From Candidatus Methanophagales archaeon (lineage in GTDB: Archaea > Halobacteriota > Syntropharchaeia > Alkanophagales > Methanospirareceae), in NCBI GenBank assembly GCA_003336485.1, contig QENH01000200.1, positions 7,510 through 71,509 on the forward strand: a stretch of DNA of 64,000 nt, given 5' to 3'. How positions within the stretch are numbered: the first letter of the stretch is position 1; each line of letters starts with the position of its first letter. Shown piece by piece: positions 1-9,607 of the stretch. The notes below the pieces were generated by a model. It made no database searches. It had not been told where the DNA came from and saw only the letters and a list, made by a program, of their open reading frames with translations. The translations under genes were made by a program, and so were the position numbers.

Positions 1-1
1 C

Positions 2-883
2 GAAATATTAGTGGCAGAGGGTAACTCCACTGATGATACAATGAATATCGTTGAGGCGTACGCGAGAAAATACAAGAACATAAAACTACTAAATAATTCA
101 ACCGGAAACACAGCCATTGGAAGAAATATATGCATAGAGCATGCTACGGGGGAGATGTTAATGAACTACTCCGGTCATGTTATAGCCGAGAAGAACCTTC
201 TTAATGTACTTGCATTAAAACTCTTAAAACTACCTAAAGAGATCGCTGGGGTTGGCTGTTCCAACATTTCTCCTAAGGCACAGAATTTTGTTGGACAGGT
301 GACAGGTGTTGCGTTCTCCGGATTTATGGGTGGCAAAAATAGCTTCCCTCAAAACGAGGTATTCCAAGAGGAAAGATTCGTTGAACACGTTTCCTTTACC
401 TGCTACAGAAGAGGAATAGTCGAAGAAGTTAGTAACTTTGATCCGGAGTTTTGGTGCGGTCAGGACGCTGAGCTCGATATACGAATAAAGAAGGCGGGGT
501 ACAAGCTTTTGTACACTCCGGAAACAAGAGTCTATCATTTCAAGAGAAGTACCTTCCGCTCTCTCTTTAGACAGATGTACAGCTATGGGCTAGCACGGGC
601 AAAGATGGTTAAAAAACATCCTGACACTTTTCGTATAGTTTACCTGTTCGGTTCGGGGTTCATACTCGGCATAATACTTTTGAGCGCCCTTACTATTCTC
701 AAACTTATCCCCCCGGAGCTTATTGCAACTCTTGCGTTACTGTATGTTCTACTTTCTATTATCAGCTCGATTCAAGTTACAAAAAAACCGGGCTTAGTTA
801 TGGCGAGTATTCTCTTTTATTTCGTAACTCATGTTAGCTATGGACTAGGGTTCTTCCGAGGGATATTCTATGGCAAGCTTTAA
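2..883 (+). CDS. Glycosyltransferase family 2, Dol-P sugar transferase-like. The 5' end lies outside the window and the C-terminus has transmembrane helices.
   Basis: The frame is open from position 2. The N-terminus reads EILVAEGNSTDDT, matching the GT2 DxD-region pattern, and hydrophobic helices follow at the C-terminus (LFGSGFILGIILLSALTIL...) as in AglJ/AglD/Dpm1-like enzymes. Confidence 0.65.
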   Translation, partial: EILVAEGNSTDDTMNIVEAYARKYKNIKLLNNSTGNTAIGRNICIEHATGEMLMNYSGHVIAEKNLLNVLALKLLKLPKEIAGVGCSNISPKAQNFVGQVTGVAFSGFMGGKNSFPQNEVFQEERFVEHVSFTCYRRGIVEEVSNFDPEFWCGQDAELDIRIKKAGYKLLYTPETRVYHFKRSTFRSLFRQMYSYGLARAKMVKKHPDTFRIVYLFGSGFILGIILLSALTILKLIPPELIATLALLYVLLSIISSIQVTKKPGLVMASILFYFVTHVSYGLGFFRGIFYGKL

Positions 884-930
884 CCGAAAGAATTTTATAG
901 ATTAATACACTATAAGCAAAGAGGCAGACT

Positions 931-1896
931 ATGGCTAAAATCGGACTCATAGGCGTGGGAAAATGGGGTATAAATCACCTCAAATCTTTGAGTGGACTAG
1001 AATGCGAACTAGTGGGAATTTCGGATACAAATCAGGAAAAAAAAAGTGTCGCCGATGAATATGACATAAAATTCTTTACCGACTACAGGGAACTTCTAAA
1101 GGTGGTGGATGCAGTTACCGTAGTTGTCCCAACCGACCTGCATTATAAGATTGCCAAAGATTGTTTAGAATTGGGAAAGCATCTATTGATAGAAAAGCCC
1201 ATAACGACCAAATCAGAGCAAGCCAAAGAACTTGTCAAGATTGCGGAAGATAAAGGACTTATACTTTCTGTCGGCTATCTATATCGATTCAACAATTCTA
1301 TAAAGAGACTAAAAGAATTGATGGAAGAGATAGGCGAAATACAATATATAACCTGCAGATATATGCATTCCACAAAACCACCAAGAAAAGATTCTGGCGT
1401 TATACTCAACCTGGGTATACACCCTATGGATATACTTAACTTCATCACGGATAGAAGACCACTTAAAGTCTATTCCAAAAAGAAGAATCAGATTTCGGAA
1501 CAATTTGAAGATTCTGCAATGATCGTGCTCGATTATGGCGACTTCTTCGCTACAATTGAGGTCAGTTGCTGTCACCCGGAAAAGAAGAGAGATATGTGGA
1601 TTATCGCCGAGAAAGAGAAGATATACGTGGATTATTTCGAGCAGAAAATCGTAAGGTATCCATTGAAGGTGAGCTATGAAAAAATCGAGAAAGAGGAACC
1701 CGTGGAAGAATCAATAACAAAAAATGAGTCGCTCAAGGACGAGCTCGAATATTTCATCCAATCAGTCGATAAAAAAAACGCGGAGGGGATTTCCAACACC
1801 TTAAACATAGGTAAGGAAGAATATTACACAACAAGGATCTGTGAACTCAGTATTAAATCAGCAGAAACGAGAAAGGAGATGGCACTCCATGATTAA
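931..1896 (+). CDS. Gfo/Idh/MocA family NAD-dependent oxidoreductase (WbpB-like UDP-GlcNAcA 3-dehydrogenase)
   Basis: N-terminal Rossmann motif MAKIGLIGVGKWG, EKP motif (LIEKPI), 321 aa. It sits in an operon with an acetyltransferase and an aminotransferase. Confidence 0.75.
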   Translation: MAKIGLIGVGKWGINHLKSLSGLECELVGISDTNQEKKSVADEYDIKFFTDYRELLKVVDAVTVVVPTDLHYKIAKDCLELGKHLLIEKPITTKSEQAKELVKIAEDKGLILSVGYLYRFNNSIKRLKELMEEIGEIQYITCRYMHSTKPPRKDSGVILNLGIHPMDILNFITDRRPLKVYSKKKNQISEQFEDSAMIVLDYGDFFATIEVSCCHPEKKRDMWIIAEKEKIYVDYFEQKIVRYPLKVSYEKIEKEEPVEESITKNESLKDELEYFIQSVDKKNAEGISNTLNIGKEEYYTTRICELSIKSAETRKEMALHD

Positions 1897-2545
1897 TGTC
1901 TCGGTAGCGAAGACCGCGGAAATAATGAAAAACGTGGAATTGGGAAAAAATGTAGAGATAGGAGACTTCGTTATAATCGGCATTCCCCCAGAAGGCAAGA
2001 AGGAAGGAGAACTTAAGACTGTCATAGGCGATTCTGCCATCATAAGATCTCACACCGTGATCTATGCTGGTACGGTTATAGGAAACAATTTTCAAAGCGG
2101 CAACCATACAGCCATAAGGGAGGGAAATATTATAGGAACTAATGTTAGCATAGGTACAATGAGTGTGGTCGAGTTCAAAACCAAGATAGCAGATAATGTC
2201 CGGATTCATTCCCAAGCATTCATTCCCGAATATTGCGAACTCCATGAGGGATGTTGGATAGGCCCAAACGTAGTGCTGACCAACGCGCCATTCCCAAAAT
2301 CAGCCAAGTCCAAAGAATTCCTGAAGGGTGTCATCATATCCGAAGCTGCAAAAATTGGGGCCAATTCGACTATTCTGCCGGGAGTAAAGATTGGCAAAAA
2401 TGCCTTGGTTGGTGCGGGCAGCGTTGTTACAAAAGATGTGCCTGACGGCAAAGTGGTTGTAGGAAACCCGGCAAAAGTTGTCCGGGACGTTTTTGAATTG
2501 AAATATCCCACAGGCGAAAAGGCATATGAAGAGGGTGAAACATGA
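1889..2545 (+). CDS. Left-handed beta-helix (hexapeptide repeat) sugar N-acetyltransferase (WbpD-like)
   Basis: Repeated [LIV]-G-x-x-x-x hexapeptides (IGDSAIIRSHTVIYAGTVIGNN...). The start is placed at MINVSV, with GGAGA 10 nt upstream and an 8-nt overlap with the upstream gene. The ORF-track start at 1841 lies inside the upstream gene. Confidence 0.75.
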   Translation: MINVSVAKTAEIMKNVELGKNVEIGDFVIIGIPPEGKKEGELKTVIGDSAIIRSHTVIYAGTVIGNNFQSGNHTAIREGNIIGTNVSIGTMSVVEFKTKIADNVRIHSQAFIPEYCELHEGCWIGPNVVLTNAPFPKSAKSKEFLKGVIISEAAKIGANSTILPGVKIGKNALVGAGSVVTKDVPDGKVVVGNPAKVVRDVFELKYPTGEKAYEEGET

Positions 2546-3642
2546 AGATACCACTAGTGGATTTAAAAGCCAATTATCTTTCTATAAAGACGGAGATTGA
2601 TTCTGCAATACAAAGGGTTATAGACAATACAGCATTTATAATGGGCGAGAACGTCAAAAATTTTGAGATACATTTTGCGAATTTCAGCAATGCGAAACAT
2701 GCCATCGGCTGTTCAAGCGGGACCAGTGCTCTCCATCTAGCCCTGATGGCAGCGGAAGTCGGACCTGATGACGAGGTTATAACAGTTCCGAACACCTTCA
2801 TCGCGACTACTGAATGCATAACTCATGTTGGTGCCACAGTAAAGTTTGTTGATGTGGACCCTCAAACACTCCTAATTGATATTGACAAGCTAGAGCACGC
2901 GATAACACCACAAACAAAAGCAATCATCGTTGTTCATCTCTATGGGCAGATGCCGGATATGGAACGGATAAGGGAGATCGGAAAGAAGAGTGACCTAACG
3001 ATAATAGAGGATTCTGCGCAAGCACATGCTGCCGAATTCAAGGGGCACTCGCCAGGTTACTATGGCGATATTGCGACATTTAGTTTTTTCCCCGCCAAGA
3101 ACCTCGGATGCTTTGGGGATGGTGGCGCAGTCGTAACAAATGATGACAAGTTGGCAGAACGAATCAGGTTGCTTGTGGATCATGGTAGGACGACCAAATA
3201 TGAACATAAGATAGAAGGATACAATTATAGGCTTGATGCCTTACAGGCGGCCATACTGGATGCGAAGCTTCCCCACCTTGAAAAGTGGACTCATCTAAGG
3301 CGACAGCATGCAAAATTCTACAAAGATAACTTGCCTTCTGAAGTGAGAACTCCCTCCGAGACTGAGAATTACAAGTATGTCTATTACATGTATGTATTAA
3401 GGACAGACAAAAGGGATGATTTGATGGCTTTTCTAAAAGAGAAAGAAGTAAGTTGCGGTATTCACTATCCCATACCATTACATTTGCAACCTGCTTACAG
3501 TTATAGGGCTTATAAAAGCGGTGACTTCCCCGTTGCAGAAAAGGCAGCAAAGGAGATACTATCGATACCTATTTATCCGGAAATGACGCAAGAACAATTG
3601 CGGTATATAGTCGATAGTATAACGGAATTCTTTAGTATTTGA
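2542..3642 (+). CDS. DegT/DnrJ/EryC1/StrS family PLP-dependent sugar aminotransferase (WbpE-like)
   Basis: 366 aa. Motifs include CSSGTSALHLAL, a ~190-aa spacing to the PLP-lysine region (FSFFPAKNLGCFGDGGAV) and GYNYRLDALQAAIL. It is ATGA-coupled to the upstream gene. Confidence 0.8.
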   Translation: MKIPLVDLKANYLSIKTEIDSAIQRVIDNTAFIMGENVKNFEIHFANFSNAKHAIGCSSGTSALHLALMAAEVGPDDEVITVPNTFIATTECITHVGATVKFVDVDPQTLLIDIDKLEHAITPQTKAIIVVHLYGQMPDMERIREIGKKSDLTIIEDSAQAHAAEFKGHSPGYYGDIATFSFFPAKNLGCFGDGGAVVTNDDKLAERIRLLVDHGRTTKYEHKIEGYNYRLDALQAAILDAKLPHLEKWTHLRRQHAKFYKDNLPSEVRTPSETENYKYVYYMYVLRTDKRDDLMAFLKEKEVSCGIHYPIPLHLQPAYSYRAYKSGDFPVAEKAAKEILSIPIYPEMTQEQLRYIVDSITEFFSI

Positions 3643-3645
3643 GCC

Positions 3646-4536
3646 TCATTTATAGCCTCTCTCATTCTCTTGCAGATAGCGCCCAATTTCTGCTTTCAAC
3701 TCTTCTTGTTCTAACGCAAAATCGATAATCGCTTTTATATAGCCCGTCTTATCTCCCGCATCATATCTCTTACCTTTGAACGAATAAGCAAGAACTTCTT
3801 CCTTATCCATCAGCAGTTTAATAGCGTCCGTAAGCTGGATTTCTGTTCCACTTCCCGGCTTCGTCTCCCTGATACAATCGAATATCGCAGGTGTGAACAC
3901 ATAACGCCCAACGGTACCTATGTTAGACGGGGCTTCTTCTATACTCGGCTTTTCTATTATCTCTTCTATGCGGTAGATGAATTCCTCTATTTCTCGCCCT
4001 TTTATCATCCCATAACTGCTCACCTTCTCTTTTGGAACCTTTTCGACAGCAATTATTGATTTGTTATAGCGCCCAAACAAATTCGTGAGTTGCTTAATGC
4101 AAGGTATCTCCGCCTTTATTATATCATCGCCTAATAAGATAGCGAAAGGTTCATTGCCTACATGCTTTTCTGCCTTTAAAACAGCATCGCCCAAGCCTCT
4201 TGGCTCCTTCTGTCTTATGTAATGGATGTCAACTAAGGCGGATATATCTTTTATTTCTCTCAATAGCGCATATTTCTTATTCTTGAATAAATGGCTTTCC
4301 AGTTCGGGCGAGGTATCAAAATAATCCTCGATAGCCTTTTTGCCCCTGCCGGTAACGATTATAAGATCTTCAATTCCTGCTGCTATTGCTTCTTCAACGA
4401 CAAATTGGATGATTGGGGTATCTATAATAGGTAACATCTCCTTGGGCATGGATTTTGTAGCAGGGAGAAATCTAGTTCCTAATCCTGCTGCAGGTATTAC
4501 CGCTTTCCTTATCGTTTGCTCTGCCATCTTACCCAC
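3646..4536 (-). CDS. Sugar-1-phosphate nucleotidyltransferase (UTP-glucose-1-phosphate uridylyltransferase GalU/AglF-like)
   Basis: N-terminal AVIPAAGLGTRFLPATKSMPKEMLP is the canonical GalU/RmlA G-rich loop. Length is 296 aa. Confidence 0.8.
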   Translation of the reverse strand: MGKMAEQTIRKAVIPAAGLGTRFLPATKSMPKEMLPIIDTPIIQFVVEEAIAAGIEDLIIVTGRGKKAIEDYFDTSPELESHLFKNKKYALLREIKDISALVDIHYIRQKEPRGLGDAVLKAEKHVGNEPFAILLGDDIIKAEIPCIKQLTNLFGRYNKSIIAVEKVPKEKVSSYGMIKGREIEEFIYRIEEIIEKPSIEEAPSNIGTVGRYVFTPAIFDCIRETKPGSGTEIQLTDAIKLLMDKEEVLAYSFKGKRYDAGDKTGYIKAIIDFALEQEELKAEIGRYLQENERGYK

Positions 4537-4648
4537 TTAACCTAGTTTTAATAAATTAAAGCGGACATATATCGCTAATTATATATATGTACCACGCCAG
4601 TAATTATTTTATACTATCTAAGATTTAAGAACTAATAGTGAGTGGGAA

Positions 4649-7249
4649 ATGGATAAAATAAGTATAAATATGAAAGGGCTAGAAAAAACATCAATAATCT
4701 ATGGTGTCATATTGGCGCTGATATTCTGTGTTTCGCTTGCTATACGGGGTGTTTTACCATATGCGAGTGTTTTTACTGATACATTCGTCAAATTTGGCGG
4801 GAATGACCCTTGGTATAAGATGCGAGTGGTGGAAAACATGCTGCAGAACTTCCCGCATCGTATTTACTTCGACCCGTTCACATATTATCCTCATGGTACG
4901 CATTTGGGCGTTGGACCGTTATTTGATTACTTGCTTGCGGTTATTATATGGCTAATCGGGCTTGGGAACCCTTTCGCTACTTTAGGTCAGCAGGGAATAG
5001 AAGTAATAGGCGCCTGGTATCCTGCCGTTTTGGGCGCTCTTACTGTTTTACCGGTCTATTTTATAGGAAAAGAATTATGGGGCAGGAATGCCGGCATTCT
5101 CTCCGCAGCCCTAATCGCTATTCTCCCGGGACAGTTCTTATCCCGTTCTCTATTGGGCTTCACAGACCATCACGTTATGGAAACGCTATTCAGTACGATA
5201 GCAATCCTATTCATCATTTTAGCGATAAAGGCGGCGAAGAAGAATGGAATAACATTTCATACCATATTGGAGAAGGATTGGACTTCTTTGAAGAGGCCAA
5301 TGCTTTATTCCTTCTTCGGCGGCATATTCCTCGGAAGTTATTACCTCGCGTGGATGGGTGCCTCACTCCTCATCTTTGTTCTGATTATCTTTGCAGCGGT
5401 GCAGTATGTGCTAGACCATGTAAGAGGCGTAAGCACTGATTATCTTTGCATTATTGCCGTCCCGGTTTTTATTATTTCGTTACTGATGATTGCCCCCGTG
5501 CCATATATTGGCTCTCTAACGGGCATTTCGTTTATTTCGCTTCTCCTTGTAATAGCTGTATTTCTTATTTTGAGTGCTCTTTCAGTTTTGATGGACAGGA
5601 AGAAAATGAACCCTTATGGGTATCCTATTGCGATATTGGCTGTTGCTGTATCATCCATCATCATTTTGAGCGCTTTGAGTCTACCCATATACTCAAAGAT
5701 TATCGGAGCGCTTCATGTCTTTATTCCTTCTGCGTCCAGTTTGACCATAGCTGAAGTTCATCCAATGCATATTATATCACAATATACCGGTAAGTTCACC
5801 GATGGTGAAGCCTGGCGCTGGTTCACCACGCCCTTTTTCGTTGCCTTCGCTGCTTTTCCCTTGATCGGCTATAACATAGCGAAGAAATTCAGGGCAGAAG
5901 AGATGTTGATCCTTGTATGGAGTGTGGTAATGCTGTTTGCATGTTTTGGGCAGAATAGGTTCGCGGCATATTATGCAGTGAACGTTGCTCTTCTCTGTGG
6001 ACTCGTTTCCTGGAAGCTAATTGAGTTTGTATGGCTTAGAGGCGCGGGCGATGCGGTAGAAAAAGCGGGGGTGAAGATAAAGGGGAAGACGAAAGGGGGA
6101 GCAGGTATGGAGAAGGCGAAGCCTAATAAAAAAGTGCATAATGATGAGAAGAGACCGGAAATGGATAAAGTAAAGCGGTATTTACGTCCGGAGCTCATAA
6201 TTACGTGCATCATCATAGGCGTAGTTGTATTTATCCCACCGCTAAATGCTTCTTTAGCAAGTGCGAAATATGGTGGCGGTCCTGCTGACGATTGGTACGA
6301 ATCTCTCTCCTGGATGCGGAATAACACGCCCGATACAGGTGTTGACTATTATGCACACTATGACCGACCACCGATAAATGAAACAACCGGTAGAATAGAG
6401 GATTATAACTATCCGGAATCGGCATATTCGGTAATAAGCTGGTGGGACTATGGACATTGGATTACGCGCATCGCTCGTAGGATTCCCGTTGCCAATCCGT
6501 TCGGGCAGCAGGGCATAGGGGGGCCGTATCGTGGGAACGACCCCGGTGCGTGCCTATTCTTCGTTACAACGAACGTAAGCGAAGCGAACAATGTTGCCGA
6601 TGCGCTTGACGTGAAATATGTAGTGACAGATTTCATGATGGCCGATGCATTCAACGCATTTTATAATAAATTCGGTGCAATGACCGTTTGGTTTGGCGAT
6701 ACAGAAGGATATTACACTCAAGTTGTCACTGATGATGGTCCTCAAATAGGGCCAAGTACAAAGTATTTCAGCACGATGGTGGCACGACTTCACATATTCG
6801 ATGGTCGGGGTGTAGCACTAAGTGAAGAGTTCTATCTGGAGCCGTTACGCCATTACCGGCTTATTCACGAATCGCCCAGTAGCATAATTGTCATGGGTGG
6901 GCAACCGATAAAATATGTTAAGGTCTTCGAATACGTAGAAGGTGCGAAGCTAAAAGGAACCGCACCTATTGGTTCCATAGTGGAAATAGCGACAAATGTG
7001 TCTACAAATACGGGGCGCGAATATATCTATGCCGAGCGAATGATGTCAAATGGCACATACGAGTTCCCCGTGCCGTATTCAACGGCGGGGCCGATAGAAG
7101 GCGGCACGAATTTTGACGTTTTCGCATCGCCATATAAAGTGAGTGTAGGGTATGTAACAAACGCAACGGTGGCATGGACAGAGGCGAAGGAGATTAATGT
7201 GCCGGAAGAGGCAGTAATGGACGGCAAAATGATAACGGTGAATTCGTAA
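4649..7249 (+). CDS. aglB: Archaeal oligosaccharyltransferase AglB (STT3 family)
   Basis: 866 aa with a multi-TM N-terminal half, the STT3 hallmark WWDYG (SWWDYGHWI) and a soluble C-terminal domain. Confidence 0.9.
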   Translation: MDKISINMKGLEKTSIIYGVILALIFCVSLAIRGVLPYASVFTDTFVKFGGNDPWYKMRVVENMLQNFPHRIYFDPFTYYPHGTHLGVGPLFDYLLAVIIWLIGLGNPFATLGQQGIEVIGAWYPAVLGALTVLPVYFIGKELWGRNAGILSAALIAILPGQFLSRSLLGFTDHHVMETLFSTIAILFIILAIKAAKKNGITFHTILEKDWTSLKRPMLYSFFGGIFLGSYYLAWMGASLLIFVLIIFAAVQYVLDHVRGVSTDYLCIIAVPVFIISLLMIAPVPYIGSLTGISFISLLLVIAVFLILSALSVLMDRKKMNPYGYPIAILAVAVSSIIILSALSLPIYSKIIGALHVFIPSASSLTIAEVHPMHIISQYTGKFTDGEAWRWFTTPFFVAFAAFPLIGYNIAKKFRAEEMLILVWSVVMLFACFGQNRFAAYYAVNVALLCGLVSWKLIEFVWLRGAGDAVEKAGVKIKGKTKGGAGMEKAKPNKKVHNDEKRPEMDKVKRYLRPELIITCIIIGVVVFIPPLNASLASAKYGGGPADDWYESLSWMRNNTPDTGVDYYAHYDRPPINETTGRIEDYNYPESAYSVISWWDYGHWITRIARRIPVANPFGQQGIGGPYRGNDPGACLFFVTTNVSEANNVADALDVKYVVTDFMMADAFNAFYNKFGAMTVWFGDTEGYYTQVVTDDGPQIGPSTKYFSTMVARLHIFDGRGVALSEEFYLEPLRHYRLIHESPSSIIVMGGQPIKYVKVFEYVEGAKLKGTAPIGSIVEIATNVSTNTGREYIYAERMMSNGTYEFPVPYSTAGPIEGGTNFDVFASPYKVSVGYVTNATVAWTEAKEINVPEEAVMDGKMITVNS

Positions 7250-7320
7250 CAGGGGTTATGTGATGTCCAAAGGTATTCTCGTGAAAATCAGTGTAATCTT
7301 GTGGTTGCTATAAAAAGGAG

Positions 7321-8205
7321 TTAATGCGATAGGCCTAACTCATCCAAATAGATTTTATATCGACCTAAGCTACCACCGTAATTACCCGCCGATATTTTCA
7401 CCACGCCTTCTATATCGCGTACACTATTCACTGCGGCCTTCATCGCGCTTTTTACCGAATCGAGGGAAAGCCCATTTATGACTATTTCTGGAATTGCAGT
7501 TACAGAGTCCGGAACTTTTGACCCGCTTATTTTATGCATTAATGTGGGACAATAAAGATGATTTGTCGTGGGCCCTATCTCGGGATATTTCGTCTCCGGT
7601 TTAGAACCTGCAGCGCAGACATCAAAAGGAGTGATTGCACCTTCTATTTGATCTATTGCACGGATTGCCGTTTCACTCGCATCTAACGCAGCCTCTAAAG
7701 TTTCAGCAAGGAACCATAGGTTCCCTCCCATTACGCCTTTCTTATAGCCAATGCGATGCTCCACAAGGAACTCCCCCACCATTATCGGCACCGCTATGAC
7801 TTCCCGCCCGAATTTGTGTTCTATTGTTTCGTAGCCATCGCCACAATGCCCTATTCTATTCATGGTATCAATTTTCACTTCTGAATCGAGTGCATTGAAG
7901 ACAGAAGTCGTAGGCACTACCAGTATCCCCTGCCGTATCCGTTTCGATATTTCATAGTCCAGTTTTTTAACGGCATTCTCGCCATAGTTCACCCATAGTT
8001 GAACAAGTGCACCTTTTCTACCGTCTGGTGTTTCGTCTTCGTTCAACCACTTCTCCACTCCGCCTTCCGATTCACCAAAGACCGTGGAAGGCAATGCAGT
8101 GGCACCGAAAGCCGCTCGTTTCAAGCTCTTATCATCTCTCGCAGTTATGCATATCCTTGCGACTAATCCATCAAACGCTTCACAATAAGTCTTTTCGATC
8201 TCCAT
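7321..8205 (-). CDS. ftr: Formylmethanofuran--tetrahydromethanopterin N-formyltransferase
   Basis: 294 aa. The N-terminus MEIEKTYCEAFDGLVARICITA matches the Ftr N-terminus (EDTFAEAFD...ARVIITA). This is a methanogen/ANME marker. Confidence 0.85.
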   Translation of the reverse strand: MEIEKTYCEAFDGLVARICITARDDKSLKRAAFGATALPSTVFGESEGGVEKWLNEDETPDGRKGALVQLWVNYGENAVKKLDYEISKRIRQGILVVPTTSVFNALDSEVKIDTMNRIGHCGDGYETIEHKFGREVIAVPIMVGEFLVEHRIGYKKGVMGGNLWFLAETLEAALDASETAIRAIDQIEGAITPFDVCAAGSKPETKYPEIGPTTNHLYCPTLMHKISGSKVPDSVTAIPEIVINGLSLDSVKSAMKAAVNSVRDIEGVVKISAGNYGGSLGRYKIYLDELGLSH

Positions 8206-8270
8206 TTTTATTATTTCTTTTGGTAAAGCTTTTCTTTCTAAGAAAAGGTTTCCATTAAGTTAAAGAAGAC

Positions 8271-8831
8271 GTGAAAATAAGAGTGGGAATAACCGGGAAG
8301 CCGAAGATAGGGAAGTCAACGATTATAAAAGAAGAGATACAGCGATTGAAAGCGGAAGGGATTGCTGTGGGCGGCATGCTTACATCGGACATCCATAAAA
8401 GCGGCAGGCGAGTAGGTTTCTCGATAGAGGACATAAACTCCGGTGTCATGGGCATTCTGGCACATGTGCACCAGGGAGGTCCCAAAGTGGGTAAATATGG
8501 AGTAAACATAATTGATTTAGATTCCATCGGTGCAAACTCGATAAAAGATGCGGTTGCAAGTCTGGATATAGCAGTGATCTTCGTAGATGAAATAGGACCT
8601 ATGGAACTGAAGTCAATGCGTTTCATAACTGCGGTGGAAGAGGCGATAAAAAGTGATAAACATCTCATTGTCTCTGTGCATCAGAAGTCGGAGCACGAAC
8701 TGGTAAGGCGGATAAAAGACGATTTCGAGATAATTGCTGTTACGGAAGAGAACAGGGCTGAGATTGCTATGATCTTAAGTGAAAAAGTGTTTGGCTGTAA
8801 TGATTCAGCACAAGAAACGGTATATTTTTGA
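8271..8831 (+). CDS. Nucleoside-triphosphatase, THEP1/MJ1559 family
   Basis: P-loop GITGKPKIGKST and a size of 186 aa, typical of archaeal NTPase THEP1. Confidence 0.7.
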   Translation: MKIRVGITGKPKIGKSTIIKEEIQRLKAEGIAVGGMLTSDIHKSGRRVGFSIEDINSGVMGILAHVHQGGPKVGKYGVNIIDLDSIGANSIKDAVASLDIAVIFVDEIGPMELKSMRFITAVEEAIKSDKHLIVSVHQKSEHELVRRIKDDFEIIAVTEENRAEIAMILSEKVFGCNDSAQETVYF

Positions 8832-9607
8832 TGAGAGAAAGTTTCAGGCTAAAAGAGACGTTCGTATGGATAACCGCAGACGAAAAGAGGCACATAGAGG
8901 TTGCAAAAAAAGAGTTAACGCAACGCCGAAGAGATTTGGAACGATTCGCGCGCTGGCATCCTTACTTTCTTGTAACCTTTGAAAGCTACCCGATAGATGA
9001 GACAGAAGTCGGTAATGCCACTATAGCGGCGATAGTGCGAAGAATGATAGAGTCAGCGGAAAAATTCGGCTTAGGGCCGATGTCAGCAGTTGCAGGTACT
9101 TTAGCGGAGTTCGCAGTTGATGCAATGCAAGATGCCGGGGCGACATACGCAATGGTAGATAACGGTGGCGATGTTGCATTAATAACAGATAGAGCGATAC
9201 TTGTGGGCATATATGCAGGGGAAAGTCCCTTCTCGAACAAAATCGCACTTAAAATAAAACCTTCTGCCTCTATGGTGGGAATATGCACATCCTCTGGTAC
9301 CGTGGGACATTCCATAAGCTTTGGGCATGCAGATGCAGCGACGGTGATAAGTAATAGCGCATCTTTGTCCGATGCCGCAGCCACGGCACTATGCAATTCC
9401 GCCACAGACGCCCAATCTATCTCAAAGGTATTCCATTCGATCGACCACGTGGAAGGCATTGAAGGTGCGCTTGTAATATATAAGGACAAGCTTGCAACAT
9501 GGGGTGAAATTCCGGAAATAGCGCGTTTAAATAGTGAAGATCACACGAATTCTCAAAAAAGTTTTTATATACAAAAGACCAATATAAAAGTGGAGGAAGA
9601 GCTATGA
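8828..9607 (+). CDS. UPF0280 / ApbE-like protein
   Basis: GPMSAVAGTLAEFAVDAM...MVDNGGDVAL resembles the ApbE flavin-transferase core. The ~250-aa length matches the methanogen UPF0280 family. It is ATGA-coupled to the upstream NTPase gene. Confidence 0.5.
   Translation: MMRESFRLKETFVWITADEKRHIEVAKKELTQRRRDLERFARWHPYFLVTFESYPIDETEVGNATIAAIVRRMIESAEKFGLGPMSAVAGTLAEFAVDAMQDAGATYAMVDNGGDVALITDRAILVGIYAGESPFSNKIALKIKPSASMVGICTSSGTVGHSISFGHADAATVISNSASLSDAAATALCNSATDAQSISKVFHSIDHVEGIEGALVIYKDKLATWGEIPEIARLNSEDHTNSQKSFYIQKTNIKVEEEL

Noticed and set aside
4728-5754. Nested ORFs 4728-4955, 4948-5439 and 5446-5754
   Set aside because: They lie inside aglB in alternative frames, their composition is Arg/Cys-rich nonsense, and they have no motifs.
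8779-8982. 67-aa ORF overlapping the NTPase/UPF0280 junction
   Set aside because: It is in an alternate frame of two well-supported genes, and its basic low-complexity composition is typical of frame artefacts.
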